From the IMG/VR virus record IMGVR_UViG_3300025084_000201, positions 1 to 25,208 of that record: 25,208 bases of DNA; one strand, given 5' to 3'. The position numbers were made by a program, and so were the translations under genes. This document shows, in pieces, positions 24,101 to 25,208 of the stretch. The notes under the pieces are model-generated. The model saw nothing but the letters and a program-made list of their open reading frames with translations, was not told the DNA's origin and searched no databases. Position 1 is the first letter of the stretch. Each line of letters starts with the position of its first letter. Source of the DNA: a virus (Duplodnaviria; Caudoviricetes).

Positions 24101-24826
24101 TTAATTAATTGTAAATGGTATTGAACAATTTGTTGTTGTAACACTTTCAAAATTTAAATCTAAAACGTATCGTTTAACAGCTCTTTTTAATCTTGAATTA
24201 TTAGTACCTATAATATTAATATTGATAGGTGTTCCTACTTCGAGATCAAACTTAGCATTAAATTTTTCAGTATTTTTTATTGTAATATTTTTAATATAAG
24301 TTACAAATTTTCTATTTGATTTAGGTCTAGGACATGAAGCCTTTGATAAAGATTCTTTAACAATTTTAGAAGGGGTCTGAGGCTCACTGAGAGTCTCTGT
24401 ATAAACCTCTTTGCTCTGTCCCAATGCTTGGGTACCAGTCAACACTCCGAAACCTCCTGTGGCTCCTGTCGTATTGACTATTTCTTCAGAAGTTTCAAAA
24501 GTATTTTCAAAATTTTCAACCTCTTGTCTTAATTCATCAAGCAAAGATAAAACATTAAGAATGTCTTGTGAAGTTTCATACTCTAAACTATTTATTCTAT
24601 CTTCTAAATTATTTATAGAATTTAAAATAACATTTTGTCTAGCTAAAACATTATCATAAATATCCGTCTTAGCATCTAGTTGAATTTGTAAAGTTTTTAA
24701 AGCTTTACGCATACCTTTTACGTCTTCTGAGTTATCACTTATTTTTGAGCCAACAGTCCAAGATGTGGTGGTTGCTCCAATAAATAAAATAAATAATAAA
24801 ATTTTAAATATAATATTTTTTTTCAT
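24101..24826 (-). CDS. Membrane-anchored/periplasmic protein with a coiled coil and a TonB C-terminal-like domain, 241 aa
   Basis: MKK plus hydrophobic anchor, heptad region, S/T/E/G linker, then FNAKFDLEVGTPININII...RLKRAVKRYVLDLNF...SIPFTI, which resembles the TonB_C pattern. AGGAG SD. Confidence 0.55.
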   Translation of the reverse strand: MKKNIIFKILLFILFIGATTTSWTVGSKISDNSEDVKGMRKALKTLQIQLDAKTDIYDNVLARQNVILNSINNLEDRINSLEYETSQDILNVLSLLDELRQEVENFENTFETSEEIVNTTGATGGFGVLTGTQALGQSKEVYTETLSEPQTPSKIVKESLSKASCPRPKSNRKFVTYIKNITIKNTEKFNAKFDLEVGTPININIIGTNNSRLKRAVKRYVLDLNFESVTTTNCSIPFTIN

Positions 24827-24859
24827 TTGTCTCCTGTTTATTTAATTAATAATAAATAA

Positions 24860-24889
24860 ATCTTAACATAAAAAAACTACTTATGTCAA
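24860..24889 (-). promoter_or_regulatory. sigma70 promoter with extended -10, upstream of the TonB-like gene
   Basis: Minus strand TTGACA (24889-24884), 18-nt spacer ending in TGT, TAAGAT (24865-24860), in an AT-rich intergenic region. Confidence 0.7.
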
Positions 24890-24904
24890 GATTTAATAGT
24901 AACT

Positions 24905-25208
24905 TTATGCAACCTCCTGTGCTGTCCACCAAGTAGGCTTAGTTCTATTGCGTTCCCATTTGGCATAGTGTTTTTCGTTAATGCAGTAATCACGATAAGC
25001 AACAATAGGGTCTTCATCTTTGTACTCCTCAGGCATAGCCTGTGCTAATGGTGTCATGCTTGTATGTGTAATGTTGTCGGGCATCTTACTCAATGGTTCT
25101 TCTAGCTTGACAACACTTGCATGTTTCCTACCATACCTATACTCATACTCCAAGCCTAGTGCTAGGAAGTGTCGATACAACCATGAGTAGTTAGAGCTAG
25201 ATTCTCTA
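24905..25208 (-). CDS. Pyrimidine dimer DNA glycosylase (DenV-related) family protein, C-terminal part (partial)
   Basis: The frame stays open to the window edge: RESSSNYSWLYRHFLALGLEYEYRYGRKH...QAMPEEYK...AYRDY...KW...R.KP.WW, the pattern of the phage family usually annotated as DenV-like. Confidence 0.65.
   Translation of the reverse strand, partial: RESSSNYSWLYRHFLALGLEYEYRYGRKHASVVKLEEPLSKMPDNITHTSMTPLAQAMPEEYKDEDPIVAYRDYCINEKHYAKWERNRTKPTWWTAQEVA

Noticed and set aside
24411-24659. Plus-strand 82-aa ORF
   Set aside because: Antisense shadow of the TonB-like gene.
1-25208. tRNA, ncRNA, integrase/att sites, alternative genetic code
   Set aside because: Intergenic gaps are under about 80 nt and the larger ones hold promoters or a terminator. 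No integrase is present. TAA, TAG and TGA all end genes normally.

Overview
AT-rich fragment of a lytic, T7-supergroup podovirus genome, probably marine. Its layout resembles SIO1/Zobellviridae: two convergent arms, host sigma70-type promoters, and no phage RNA polymerase in this window. The + arm (1-13658) is the end of the virion module: tail fibre/lectin genes, a tail chaperone, five probable internal-virion (ejection) genes including a 1558-aa giant, and holin-like membrane proteins. The - arm (13661-25208) is the replication module: DenV-like glycosylase (partial), a TonB-like membrane protein, SSB, primase-helicase, family A DNA polymerase (Tyr762 type), a T5orf172/GIY-YIG nuclease, a PD-(D/E)XK exonuclease, endonuclease I, DUF3310 and class Ia nrdA/nrdB. 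Four small genes are missing from the ORF track. The main candidate for an undescribed system is a 10-residue motif, R-x-x-[FYKM]-x-x-G-G-x-[VI], found five times in the C-terminal third of the giant protein. It brackets an AT-rich orphan domain, a SAM-dependent methyltransferase and a lysozyme-like domain, and it recurs in two neighbouring virion proteins. This suggests a motif-delimited cargo cassette that is injected with the DNA. Also notable are an uninterrupted run of 22 Q/N-rich 11-residue repeats (a likely DNA-ejection tube) and the phage TonB-like protein with its own promoter. All family assignments come from motif recognition by eye; no database search was run.
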